Shown here one piece after another: positions 27,098 through 36,287 of a stretch of 64,000 nt of DNA. This DNA is from an uncultured Gammaproteobacteria bacterium (GTDB lineage: Bacteria > Patescibacteriota > Patescibacteriia > UBA1558 > 2-01-FULL-52-15). The stretch is from NCBI GenBank assembly GCA_964422585.1, contig CAYRBH010000003.1, forward strand, positions 11,397 through 75,396, written 5' to 3'. Made by a program: the position numbers and the translations under genes. The stretch's first letter is position 1, and each line of letters starts with the position of its first letter. The notes beneath the pieces were generated by a model. It was not told the origin of the DNA, did not search any database, and was given only the letters and a program-made list of their open reading frames with translations.

Positions 27098-27126
27098 AAA
27101 AAACCGGCTGATAGGCCGGTTTTTAT
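27098..27126 (+). terminator. Rho-independent terminator (stem ACCGGC/GCCGGT, loop TGATAG, TTTTTAT)
   Basis: aaaaaACCGGCtgatagGCCGGTtttta read at 27098-27125. Confidence 0.6.
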
Positions 27127-27144
27127 GCGTTACTAGGCAAAATA

Positions 27145-27153
27145 TGGTATACT
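27145..27153 (+). promoter_or_regulatory. Extended -10 promoter element TGgTATACT upstream of pilB
   Basis: tggtatact at 27145-27153, 12 nt before the pilB ATG at 27166. Confidence 0.35.
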
Positions 27154-27165
27154 ATACCTCCTACT

Positions 27166-28896
27166 ATGCGATTACCGATTTCATATGATGATCTGAAGAC
27201 GCTTCTGTTTAACCAGAAGTTGATTAGCCAGTCTGATTGGTCGAGTGCCGAGAAAAATGCCAATCGCAGACGCCGTGGTATCGAAGAAGTACTCATCGAG
27301 CGTGGTTTTTTTACCGAGATCTACCTGTTCGAGATGATCGCGAATGCCCTGAAGATACCCTATATTAACTTGCGCACGGTAAAGATAGAAGATGATGCTT
27401 TCAAAATGCTGCCAGAGGCTGTGTCGCAGACGACCAAGTGCATTGCTTTTGCTAAAGACGCGAAGAAAGGAACAGTCAAGGTCGCGACCATTGATCCGCT
27501 CAATACGGAAAGTTTAACAGCAGCGCAGCAAGCGATCGGTCAGACCTGCGAGTGGTACCTCATGAATGACCGGAGCTATCGCTTCGCGACGAGGTTCTAT
27601 AACACTGATCTCAAAGAAGATCTGCTGAAGATCATCAACCAGCATATCCAAAGCGTGCAGGGTAAGGCGATCGGTCTGGACCTGCCGGTCGTGAAGATTT
27701 TTGATACCTTGCTGGAGTATGCCTTGCTCGAGCAGGCATCGGATATCCATATCGAGCCACTGTCTGATGCCGTGTTGGTCCGATTCCGCATCGACGGAGA
27801 GCTGGAAGATAAGATCGAACTTCCTATTTCACTGAAAGACGCCCTTATTGCCCGTATCAAGATATTGTCTGACCTGAAAATTGATGAACATCGGGTGCCG
27901 CAGGATGGACGCCTTGGCTTCAAGATCGATGACCTCGAAGAGTCCGCGCGCGTGTCCATTATTCCGACACTGTATGGCGAAAAAGCAGTGATGCGTCTGC
28001 TATCCGATGAAATGCAGAATTTCACTTTGCAAGATATTGGATTTTCGAAGAATAACCTTGATCTCATACTACGGAATATCAAGAAGCCATTCGGCATGAT
28101 ACTGGTGGTGGGTCCGACCGGCTCTGGTAAAACGACAACCTTGTATGCGGTCCTTAATATTTTGAATACTGAGGACGTGAATATCTCAACCATCGAAGAT
28201 CCCATAGAATATGGCGTGCGCCGCGTGAATCAGACCCAGGTCAACACAACCGCAGGCTATACCTTCGCAAATGGTTTGCGCTCATTACTACGGCAAGATC
28301 CGGATATCATCATGATCGGAGAGATCCGTGACGGTGAGACAGCGCAGATAGCGGTCCGTGCTGCGTTGACCGGGCACTTAGTGCTCTCGACCCTGCATAC
28401 GAATAATGCCGCCGGCGCCTTGCCACGCCTCCTGGATATGGGCGTGGAGCCATTTCTTACGGCCTCGACGGTCAATATTGTCATTGCGCAGCGCTTGGTG
28501 CGCCGCATCTGCATCGAATGTATCGCGAGCTACAAACTGTCCTCGGTCGAGGTCAAAGCTTTGTCGAAAGAGTATGATCTCCGTGCTATAGTCGGGCGTA
28601 TGCAAAAACTAGGTGTCGTCGATAAGAAAGTAGAGAATTTCTCGAGCCTGCCATTCTATAAAGGTAAAGGGTGTACCCGTTGCCACGGCACTGGGTATAC
28701 TGGCCGTGTCTCGGTTACCGAAGCTTTGATCAACAGCCACGCGATACAGCAAGCTATTATCAAGAATATGTCATCAGAGGATTTCGAAGCGATCGCGCTA
28801 CAAGAGGGGATGATACCTATCTTCGATGATGCCATGCAGAAAGCATTGCTTGGTGTTACGACATTAGAGGAAGTCTTAAGAATCTCGCGAGAGTAA
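27166..28896 (+). CDS. pilB: Type IV pilus assembly ATPase PilB (GspE family secretion ATPase)
   Basis: GspII_E N-terminal domain. Walker A GPTGSGKTT. Asp box and His box. Tetracysteine CIECIAS...CTRCHGTG zinc motif. Confidence 0.9.
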   Translation: MRLPISYDDLKTLLFNQKLISQSDWSSAEKNANRRRRGIEEVLIERGFFTEIYLFEMIANALKIPYINLRTVKIEDDAFKMLPEAVSQTTKCIAFAKDAKKGTVKVATIDPLNTESLTAAQQAIGQTCEWYLMNDRSYRFATRFYNTDLKEDLLKIINQHIQSVQGKAIGLDLPVVKIFDTLLEYALLEQASDIHIEPLSDAVLVRFRIDGELEDKIELPISLKDALIARIKILSDLKIDEHRVPQDGRLGFKIDDLEESARVSIIPTLYGEKAVMRLLSDEMQNFTLQDIGFSKNNLDLILRNIKKPFGMILVVGPTGSGKTTTLYAVLNILNTEDVNISTIEDPIEYGVRRVNQTQVNTTAGYTFANGLRSLLRQDPDIIMIGEIRDGETAQIAVRAALTGHLVLSTLHTNNAAGALPRLLDMGVEPFLTASTVNIVIAQRLVRRICIECIASYKLSSVEVKALSKEYDLRAIVGRMQKLGVVDKKVENFSSLPFYKGKGCTRCHGTGYTGRVSVTEALINSHAIQQAIIKNMSSEDFEAIALQEGMIPIFDDAMQKALLGVTTLEEVLRISRE

Positions 28897-28907
28897 TTTG
28901 AGATACT

Positions 28908-30101
28908 ATGGCAGACGCAGTAGCTACAGTGGCAAGTCCCTTACAACCTTTGCGCAAGCAGCAAGGGGCGCTCTCATCATTGCCCACGCCGGCAGAGAAG
29001 GAGCAGGCCGCGCAAGTCGTGAAGCGTGAATCGCAGCGCAAAGAGAAGAAGCCGCTTATTTCATTCGGTGTTTCGCAGAATGAGAAGATATTCTTCATCG
29101 ATAATCTTGCGACCATGCTGACCGCGGGCTTGTCATTATCATTGTCATTGCGCACGCTCTCGACCGAGACCAAGAACAAGACGATGAAGCGCGCCCTGCG
29201 TTCGATCGAGCATGTTATCGACAATGGACGCCAGCTTTCCGATGGATTGGCACAGCATCCTGAAGTGTTCCCGGCTTTATTCATCGCGGTCATCAGAGTA
29301 GGAGAGGCTGGCGGCACGCTGTCCGAAGTGCTGCAGCGGCTTGCTAGTATCGCGAAGAAAGATAAGGCGCTGCGTTCGAAGGTTGTCAGTGCCCTTATTT
29401 ATCCGGCGATCGTTGTCTGTGCCATCATCGGCATCGTCACGATTTTAATGCTCTATGTCTTCCCACAACTGATTAGTATTTTCAAAGATGTCGGTGCACA
29501 ACTGCCATTGCAGACCAGGATACTCATAGCCACTGTGCATTTCATGCAGACAGATGGTCTCTATGTCCTGATAGCCCTGATACTCATGGGTATACTGCTG
29601 GTCTGGTCTCGTAGGATTAGATCAGTACATCGGTTCTACTATAGTCTGCTCTTACGCATTCCTTTCATAGGCAAAGTGGCTCAGGAGTTGGCATTGACCC
29701 GCATCCTAAGCAATATACAGATGCTGATGATCTCAGGCGTGCCGATCGTGCAGGCCTTCACCTTAGGCTCGAAGACGGCGGGGAACTTGGTCTATGAAGA
29801 TGAGCTGCTGCGGATCTCGAAGAAACTTGAATTAGGAAATGCCCTGCACGCAGTACTCGCGCAGCGGCCGAATTTGTTCCCGTCGCTCATGGTTACGATG
29901 GCGAAAGTCGGAGAAGAAACCGGTAAGCTCGACGAGATCATGGGTAAACTGGAAAACTTCTATGGCAATCGAGTCGAGTCAGTATTCGGGAATCTTTCGA
30001 CCATCATCGAGCCGTTTCTACTGCTCGCTATCGGCGCGATGGTCGGCTTCATCGCGGTCTCGGTGATCCTGCCGATCTATAATTTAGCGCAGGCGTTCTA
30101 A
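28908..30101 (+). CDS. pilC: Type IV pilus assembly platform protein PilC (GspF family)
   Basis: Two T2SSF repeats (ALIYPAIVVCAIIGIV...; EPFLLLAIGAMVGFIAVSVILPIYNL). 397 aa. Confidence 0.85.
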   Translation: MADAVATVASPLQPLRKQQGALSSLPTPAEKEQAAQVVKRESQRKEKKPLISFGVSQNEKIFFIDNLATMLTAGLSLSLSLRTLSTETKNKTMKRALRSIEHVIDNGRQLSDGLAQHPEVFPALFIAVIRVGEAGGTLSEVLQRLASIAKKDKALRSKVVSALIYPAIVVCAIIGIVTILMLYVFPQLISIFKDVGAQLPLQTRILIATVHFMQTDGLYVLIALILMGILLVWSRRIRSVHRFYYSLLLRIPFIGKVAQELALTRILSNIQMLMISGVPIVQAFTLGSKTAGNLVYEDELLRISKKLELGNALHAVLAQRPNLFPSLMVTMAKVGEETGKLDEIMGKLENFYGNRVESVFGNLSTIIEPFLLLAIGAMVGFIAVSVILPIYNLAQAF

Positions 30102-30110
30102 ATCGGCAGC

Positions 30111-31538
30111 TTAGAGTTCTCTCCACGTTATAATGTCATAGGCCGTCTCTGTCGCAGGGAAGAATGGCGGCGAGAAATACAGTAAGTTCGCGTCATAGGT
30201 AATGACGCGATTTTGATATCCATTGCCATCGCTGTACCGTGTGCCATAGACGCCGTTCGAGGCGATCAGGCCGAAGAGCGTCAATGACTGCCGAGTATCA
30301 TAGGGCGCGCAGTAGGCTGAAGGATAGTAGTAGCGGCCCACCCGGCCATTTTTCGCTACCAAGGCGGCGTCAATGGTTAAACTGTCGGCGCTGACCAGAC
30401 CGGTATTCACATTATTTTGAGCGATGATACCAAGTATATCTTTGCCATCATAGTTCGTATAGGTCAGATTATTGTTGATGGTTACATTCGCGTAGGTGGC
30501 TGGGTTTTCAGGGAAGCGGGCAGCCCCTATGGTCATGCGCGCAGTGTTGATCTGCCCATCGACCCAGACATCGTCTTCGACGAAAAGCGCTCCATTGGCG
30601 GGTAGCGGGATATTGTTTTGGAACGCTTCCGTAGAAATGCTCCAGGTCCCCCAGCCAGACTGATTTTGCGTATTGGAACAGTTGACCGAAGGAGGGGTCG
30701 TAAGACCGGTGACCTTATAGACATCGATCGTATCATTCGTCTTCAGGACCAGGTGATATCCCAAAGCGCCAGAGCTTGGTAAGTAGGTCCCACCTGATTG
30801 CGCATTTGTCTTAATGGTCGCGAGATCCTTCGTGATCCCGGCAAAGTCAAAGGCTGGCACAGGGAATTGTCGTCCGCCAGGGAATACATCGGGCCGTGAG
30901 GGCACTGCGGCTGGCGGCAAGGGATCCACTGGACTTACATGTGTGTGTACCGCGAATTCATTCGGGCCGGAGTGACTCGGGTCATCATAGGTGCTGAGCG
31001 CGCTCGTAACTAAGCCATTAGCGACACCATCGAAACGTATGCCGCCATTGGCATGGATACGTCCGGTGACGGTTACATTCGGCGCGAAATAGAGATTCGT
31101 ATTGCCGATGACAGCATATGAAGCGAGCGAAGGCTGGCCGAGAACGACCTCGACCGTGCGATTCGCAGTCGAGTCTCCATCGACCTTGCCAGTTGACTTG
31201 ATGGTCGCGGTATTGAGCCCAGTGGGAGGCGGTGTGATATCAAGGGAGTATTCTCCGATACGGTTGCCCGCAGCGTCATAGTAGGTATGCACATAGGGAC
31301 CTGCATGCCCGGTGCCGTCCTGGAAGTCAGTGGGATCATGCGCGAGTCGCCAGCGATAGTACTCGATGCCTGATTCGGCGATATTGATCGACACTTCTCG
31401 ATTATACTCATGCTTCGCGAGGCGGAGGTTCCCGCTTGCCCAGGTGATAAGCCCGCCTATGAATATGAAAGAAAGAGCGGCGAAGAGCAGGACTTGGATG
31501 AGTATAGAGCCTTGTTGATGGTACTGTGTCTTGCTCAT
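30111..31538 (-). CDS. PilX_N-domain pilus-associated minor pilin-like protein (large)
   Basis: N-terminus QQGSILIQVLLFAALSFIFIGGL...NIAESGIEYY matches the PilX N-terminal domain pattern. 475 aa. 4-nt overlap with the upstream pilin gene. Confidence 0.5.
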   Translation of the reverse strand: MSKTQYHQQGSILIQVLLFAALSFIFIGGLITWASGNLRLAKHEYNREVSINIAESGIEYYRWRLAHDPTDFQDGTGHAGPYVHTYYDAAGNRIGEYSLDITPPPTGLNTATIKSTGKVDGDSTANRTVEVVLGQPSLASYAVIGNTNLYFAPNVTVTGRIHANGGIRFDGVANGLVTSALSTYDDPSHSGPNEFAVHTHVSPVDPLPPAAVPSRPDVFPGGRQFPVPAFDFAGITKDLATIKTNAQSGGTYLPSSGALGYHLVLKTNDTIDVYKVTGLTTPPSVNCSNTQNQSGWGTWSISTEAFQNNIPLPANGALFVEDDVWVDGQINTARMTIGAARFPENPATYANVTINNNLTYTNYDGKDILGIIAQNNVNTGLVSADSLTIDAALVAKNGRVGRYYYPSAYCAPYDTRQSLTLFGLIASNGVYGTRYSDGNGYQNRVITYDANLLYFSPPFFPATETAYDIITWREL

Positions 31539-32140
31539 TTGTTTTCCAGTGTCCGTATGCTTGCTCGCGTTTCTAAAGTTCGCGGGTCCTGACCAGGAGT
31601 CTTGCTGTCAATACTCAGGTTCATCTCCACGAGGCGGACATCAGAGGGCAGTACTGGTTGCGCCAGGGGAGGAGTTGAGGTTGAGCCGTTGAAGTTCGTC
31701 CCATAGTAGATAAAGTAGGGTGGTTGTGGCAGGACATTCTGTGTCAGGGTGGTGACCGCTTCGTGGGAAGGGTCATAGGTGAGCGGCTGTCCGCTCGGCA
31801 GGGTAACGCCTCGTTTCAGAGCTCCTGATTCGACCGAGTATCGTATCTTTTCGACGACGCCGGTGCCGTTCTTATCAGTATAGAAAGAAACGGTGCTATC
31901 AGTCGTGCTGGCCAAGGGAAAGCTCCCATCGCTTGGTTCTTGCGCTGCCCGCAGCTCGGACGTGAAGTTGCGCAGTATCGTCAGCGACTGTTGGTCAAGC
32001 GCTGATCGATTCCTCGCCAACTGACTATTGCGGAAAATACTGATCTGCAGGACCGTGATCACGACCATGATCAGTCCAAAGATACCGATGGAAGTAATGA
32101 CCTCAAGGATGCTCATGCCGCGGTGATCGTCGCGCATCAT
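31535..32140 (-). CDS. Type IV pilin-like protein (prepilin-type N-terminal cleavage/methylation domain)
   Basis: RG|MSILEVITSIGIFGLIMVVI with Glu at +5. 201 aa. 4-nt overlaps on both sides. Confidence 0.7.
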   Translation of the reverse strand: MMRDDHRGMSILEVITSIGIFGLIMVVITVLQISIFRNSQLARNRSALDQQSLTILRNFTSELRAAQEPSDGSFPLASTTDSTVSFYTDKNGTGVVEKIRYSVESGALKRGVTLPSGQPLTYDPSHEAVTTLTQNVLPQPPYFIYYGTNFNGSTSTPPLAQPVLPSDVRLVEMNLSIDSKTPGQDPRTLETRASIRTLENK

Positions 32141-34887
32141 TGTGGCGTCAGTTTAACAGTGAGCATCTGCCACCCTGCTTTCAGAGTCTTCGGCGTGACG
32201 GAGGTGGTGTAACCAGTCTTCGACACCGTGATGGTGTTCGAGCCGGTCACCACATCGTTAAAGTATACTTGGCCTGAAGGCGTGCAGGCATCTGCGAAGC
32301 TGATGGCGATATCTGAAACATTGGGTGTATAGGCGGTGTTCGAAGTGCGAAGGTCAATGCGGTAGCGGATATAGCGGTCGCCATTATGTATCGGATTCAG
32401 GGTATGATTGCTTGGCGTATAGTAGGTGCCTGGGGTGCCATCCGGACCGAGGAAATTCCAGGTTGTCGTCGGGGTATCGGTCTTGCTGCTTGCGATCTGA
32501 ATGCGGACAGGATCTGTGCCGGTTTGGCTCGGTTGGCCCTCGGGTGTTACTACCAGGTGATAGAAGTTCGTCGGGGCAAGGTTGTCGAATATGGACGAGA
32601 TGATATAACCACTCGAGGCATAGACGCCGCCATTCTGTTGCAGCTTCAGCTCTCCTGCAGGATTGGTCGTTCCTTCATTGCTGCCGCTGGAGTAGCGAGT
32701 CGCATCGCTCCAGTCAGTTTGACCTGCGCCTCCTGACCAATCAGTCTGCTGCCAATTGCCTTCGCCGGTCTGCAAGGTTTTACTGTAATTCGTGCCCTGC
32801 ACCTGGACGCTCGCGCCCTGTACTGGTTGTTGTGTTACCGCATCCACGACACTGACGAGCAAGGCATTCGCTGTTTTCGGCTCAGCGATCATTGAGAGCG
32901 ACTCGGTCGTATTCGGGGATATCTGCATCGGTAGCGAGGGTAGACTCCCGGCTAAGTAGTAGAGCGGATCGGTGATGCTGGCATTGTAGGTATCCCATTC
33001 CATATTCGGAAGTGCCAGTGTCCCATTTGAGTCTGTGGTCAGGAAATGATCGTATTTTAGCATGTCGGGCGCTTGGCCGATGAGTTTCGCCCCCGTCAGC
33101 TCGAAGTCAACATTAGAGCGAGCACTGCACACTTGATTTACCGTCTGAACATTGAGCGTGCTCAGTGTGTCTATGGCGAAGCTGATCTGCGTGACCGCGT
33201 CCGCGATGACCGTCGCGTCTGGTTTGAGGGGGTTCGGATTATTCGGATCGCCTATCGGGTAGGTTTGATCAGTGGAGTAGCCGGGTTTAGTAACGGTAAT
33301 ATGGTATGACTGTGAAGCTGGCGGCACATCAATGATTGTGAGTTGACCCTGGGCATTCGTAATATCATTGAAGTCGAGCGTCGGGTTGGTCGTCGTATTG
33401 ACGATATTCACCTGAGCGTCCTGCACAGGCTGTCCTACGGCATTGAAGACTTGGACAAGCAGCGCGCCGTTGCCCGCGGTCGTTTCGAGTCGCTTCGGAG
33501 CTATTGTGGTCGTGCCTTTGAGGCTGGTTTTGAATTGGCATGAGGTACAGGTGACTTGCACTTCAGCCAGTTTATAATCGGCCGGCGAGGTGTCGCCGAT
33601 GCTCGGATTGCCAGTGATGAGTAAGTTGAAAATGCCCGTTCCATAGGTAATGCTCGATTTATTGTCGATGCTGATGGCATAGCCAGTGGCCTCGACAACT
33701 TGCGCCCCATTACCGATCGCGATCAACCCGTCATTGGCATAGAGTATGCCACGGAAGCCGGTCGAATTATTGATCTGTATGGCTGGTGCTCCGGCGCTTT
33801 TTGAGGTGTTTGTGGTGATGAAGAGCGAGTAGCTCCCAGCGAAAGGGTTGCATTGATTCTTCTGGCTATTGTACCCTTCAGAACCACAGGCGGCTGTATT
33901 GTTATTGATGCTGATCGTACCGTCCGCGATGATCACACCGCTCGCGCTCGAGTAGCTCGGACTCAGGTAGATGCTCCCGCTATTAGCTAGGCTGATATTA
34001 CCCGTCACCCAGAGCGTCCCGGTGACCACGAGTTGGCCACTGCCGGTCACGGTGATATTGCCGTTAATTTTTTTAGGCCCGAGAGATACTACTTGGCCAT
34101 TGCCGATTGTCACTGAACCACTGCTGCCAACAGCAGCAGCCTCGTTTTCCCAGGTGGTTATCTGTGAATTGGGAATGGGAAGGTTCTGCGCTGGTGTATC
34201 AGGGCTATTCGGATGTTGTGAGCCTGCCACGGTCGAACTCTGAATACTTTGGTAATACGCATCGCCGCTGATAGTAGCATTCTGAATACTATGAGCATGA
34301 GCGTCTCCCGCGACTTTCATGGTGTTCAAAGTGTTGGCATTTGCCACCCACACATCGTCGGTTACATTCGCTTTATTATCACCAGTGACATTTCCGTTCG
34401 AGAAGACCTTCCCGAATACGGTCGCGGTATTGGTCATGCTCAAACCTCCATCGCCAACTTGGGCGCTGAAGGGGAAACGGACATCATCGAGATTATTGCC
34501 AAGCACGCCGTCGAACGGATCGTCGACATTGCGAATGATGGTCTGCACCTCATAGGTATGGCCATTTCTGACGACGGTTTTATCAGGATCCAGCGAGCCA
34601 TTCGGGATACTATTTTTCAGGCCCAGCTGGGTAAAGGGTATCGCATGGATGCTCTCAAGCTCTTCCTGCAGAATAGAGTTTGCGGCCGTACGTTCGGATG
34701 CTACTTGCACGAAGCGCAGCACTGTCGTATAGGCAGAGAAAATAACAACGCCGACGATGGCGAAGACCGTTACGCCTACGAGTATTTCGATCAAGGTGAA
34801 GCCGTTACTGCGTCTCGCTTGAGAGAAAGCCTGACACTGGCCCTCCTGTCGATATATTTTTTGTTTTAGTGACACAAGAAAAGCCAT
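32137..34887 (-). CDS. Giant (916 aa) type IV pilin-like protein with canonical prepilin signal; beta-helix-like repeats and CarboxypepD_reg-like beta-sandwich segments
   Basis: SNG|FTLIEILVGVTVFAIVGVVIF class III signal. Repetitive G/N/T-rich beta-solenoid-like segments. TIIDVPPASQSYHITVTKPGYSTDQT is Ig/CarbopepD-like. Confidence 0.65.
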   Translation of the reverse strand: MAFLVSLKQKIYRQEGQCQAFSQARRSNGFTLIEILVGVTVFAIVGVVIFSAYTTVLRFVQVASERTAANSILQEELESIHAIPFTQLGLKNSIPNGSLDPDKTVVRNGHTYEVQTIIRNVDDPFDGVLGNNLDDVRFPFSAQVGDGGLSMTNTATVFGKVFSNGNVTGDNKANVTDDVWVANANTLNTMKVAGDAHAHSIQNATISGDAYYQSIQSSTVAGSQHPNSPDTPAQNLPIPNSQITTWENEAAAVGSSGSVTIGNGQVVSLGPKKINGNITVTGSGQLVVTGTLWVTGNISLANSGSIYLSPSYSSASGVIIADGTISINNNTAACGSEGYNSQKNQCNPFAGSYSLFITTNTSKSAGAPAIQINNSTGFRGILYANDGLIAIGNGAQVVEATGYAISIDNKSSITYGTGIFNLLITGNPSIGDTSPADYKLAEVQVTCTSCQFKTSLKGTTTIAPKRLETTAGNGALLVQVFNAVGQPVQDAQVNIVNTTTNPTLDFNDITNAQGQLTIIDVPPASQSYHITVTKPGYSTDQTYPIGDPNNPNPLKPDATVIADAVTQISFAIDTLSTLNVQTVNQVCSARSNVDFELTGAKLIGQAPDMLKYDHFLTTDSNGTLALPNMEWDTYNASITDPLYYLAGSLPSLPMQISPNTTESLSMIAEPKTANALLVSVVDAVTQQPVQGASVQVQGTNYSKTLQTGEGNWQQTDWSGGAGQTDWSDATRYSSGSNEGTTNPAGELKLQQNGGVYASSGYIISSIFDNLAPTNFYHLVVTPEGQPSQTGTDPVRIQIASSKTDTPTTTWNFLGPDGTPGTYYTPSNHTLNPIHNGDRYIRYRIDLRTSNTAYTPNVSDIAISFADACTPSGQVYFNDVVTGSNTITVSKTGYTTSVTPKTLKAGWQMLTVKLTPQ

Positions 34888-34924
34888 ACGATAATGGCTT
34901 TAGTATACCAAGTTTTGACTGCTT

Positions 34925-36286
34925 TTACCAAGATTTGGTATGGCGCGCGTTCAGTGCGACGACAGTATTGGCAAGGTAGATGGTGCCAGCAAGGAACAGC
35001 ATCCAGAGCGCGCTGAGATCATTCTTAAAATAGGGAACATCGACTAAGCCGTGTATCACTATGACCAGCCAGGCGCTCGCAAGTCCCCAGGCAAGAGCTC
35101 GGGACCTGCCGGAGACAAGGTGAGCGCTCAAGGTGGTGCGCAACGTATTGCATATAACTATGAGCAACCATATGAAGGCGATAAGGCCCAAGATGCCCAA
35201 CTCTGTCCACGCATTGAGGAAGATGTCATGCGGATAGAGGTAGATCTCGAGGAATGTGTACTGGTGATAGGGAGCGAGTGCCGCTTGATAATTCGCGAGG
35301 CCGCCGCCCTGGAATGGATGATCACGCAGCAGACGAGCTGTTTCGCGCCACTGATTCACGCGTATCTCTAATGAGGTTGACTTCAGATCAAGATGATTTT
35401 GCGAAATATTCGTCACTAATGCGGAGAATTTTTTCGTCGCAGGAGTGAGCAGCAGGAACGCAATGATCGTGAGTATAGTAATGATAGATAAGATCACACG
35501 TAGCCTGCCCACGCGGAACAGCGCTATCCACGCGACGCATGCAATGGCAAGCACGGCGCCGATCGTCTTTGCCGCAAGTATCGCGATCAGTCCCCCGGTT
35601 ATCACGAGTAGCGCATAGAGCTGTTTCGGCATGCTTAATTGTCGGGTGAATGAGCCGATATAGTAGGCCACGATTGGTGCTATGAGGAGGCTCGACGCAT
35701 TAGGGTAGCCGAAGATGGTAGTAACGCGGCGATAGAGCGGGTCTGCCCAGAATGCATTCGCGATGCCGTGTCCGGTGATACACTGGTAGCTTGCTATGGC
35801 TGCGAGGAACAGTGTCAGCGCCCCGAGCGCATCCATGATCTCGTCGAACTCGTCATGTGTTTTAACCTCATAAGCCATGACTATGAGTAGCATCAGGGGT
35901 TCGATGAAGTATGCCTTCAGAATGCCGAAGGCTTCTGGCTGGGCTGGCGACAGAGAAGCTGAGATGCCGGCACTCAGTATGAGGAGTATCAATGGCCAAC
36001 GGAAAGCGGTGGGTATGGCATTCGTTGTGTCTTTCTTTTTCCAAAACGCAAGGTGCAAGTGTCGCCATGTTTTATTCTGTATCAGCCATATGCCGAAGAG
36101 TATGAATATGAAGAGTTCCAATGCGGTCACAGGAATGCCCGCAAGAGTGAAGCGTACCAGATAGCTGGGCAACAGCAGAGCTATCACAGCAATGCCGGAT
36201 AGTATTCTCCTCCAGCTCAGTATCCCGAAGAGCAGGCATACGATGAGCATTTTAAGGCTTATGAGACTTACCGTCAGGAGCTCCAT
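34925..36286 (-). CDS. O-antigen ligase (Wzy_C) family membrane protein, candidate pilin/protein O-oligosaccharyltransferase
   Basis: About 11 TM helices. HPFQGGGLANYQ motif of the Wzy_C/PglL/TfpO family. Sits 37 bp upstream of the pilin operon. Confidence 0.5.
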   Translation of the reverse strand: MELLTVSLISLKMLIVCLLFGILSWRRILSGIAVIALLLPSYLVRFTLAGIPVTALELFIFILFGIWLIQNKTWRHLHLAFWKKKDTTNAIPTAFRWPLILLILSAGISASLSPAQPEAFGILKAYFIEPLMLLIVMAYEVKTHDEFDEIMDALGALTLFLAAIASYQCITGHGIANAFWADPLYRRVTTIFGYPNASSLLIAPIVAYYIGSFTRQLSMPKQLYALLVITGGLIAILAAKTIGAVLAIACVAWIALFRVGRLRVILSIITILTIIAFLLLTPATKKFSALVTNISQNHLDLKSTSLEIRVNQWRETARLLRDHPFQGGGLANYQAALAPYHQYTFLEIYLYPHDIFLNAWTELGILGLIAFIWLLIVICNTLRTTLSAHLVSGRSRALAWGLASAWLVIVIHGLVDVPYFKNDLSALWMLFLAGTIYLANTVVALNARHTKSW

Positions 36287-36287
36287 A

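Noticed and set aside
34249-34869. 206 aa plus-strand ORF inside the giant pilin gene, and similar ORFs at 32325..32736 and 33073..33543
   Set aside because: They are antisense to a gene with a strong prepilin signature, have no RBS or motifs, and the coding signal clearly follows the minus-strand frame.
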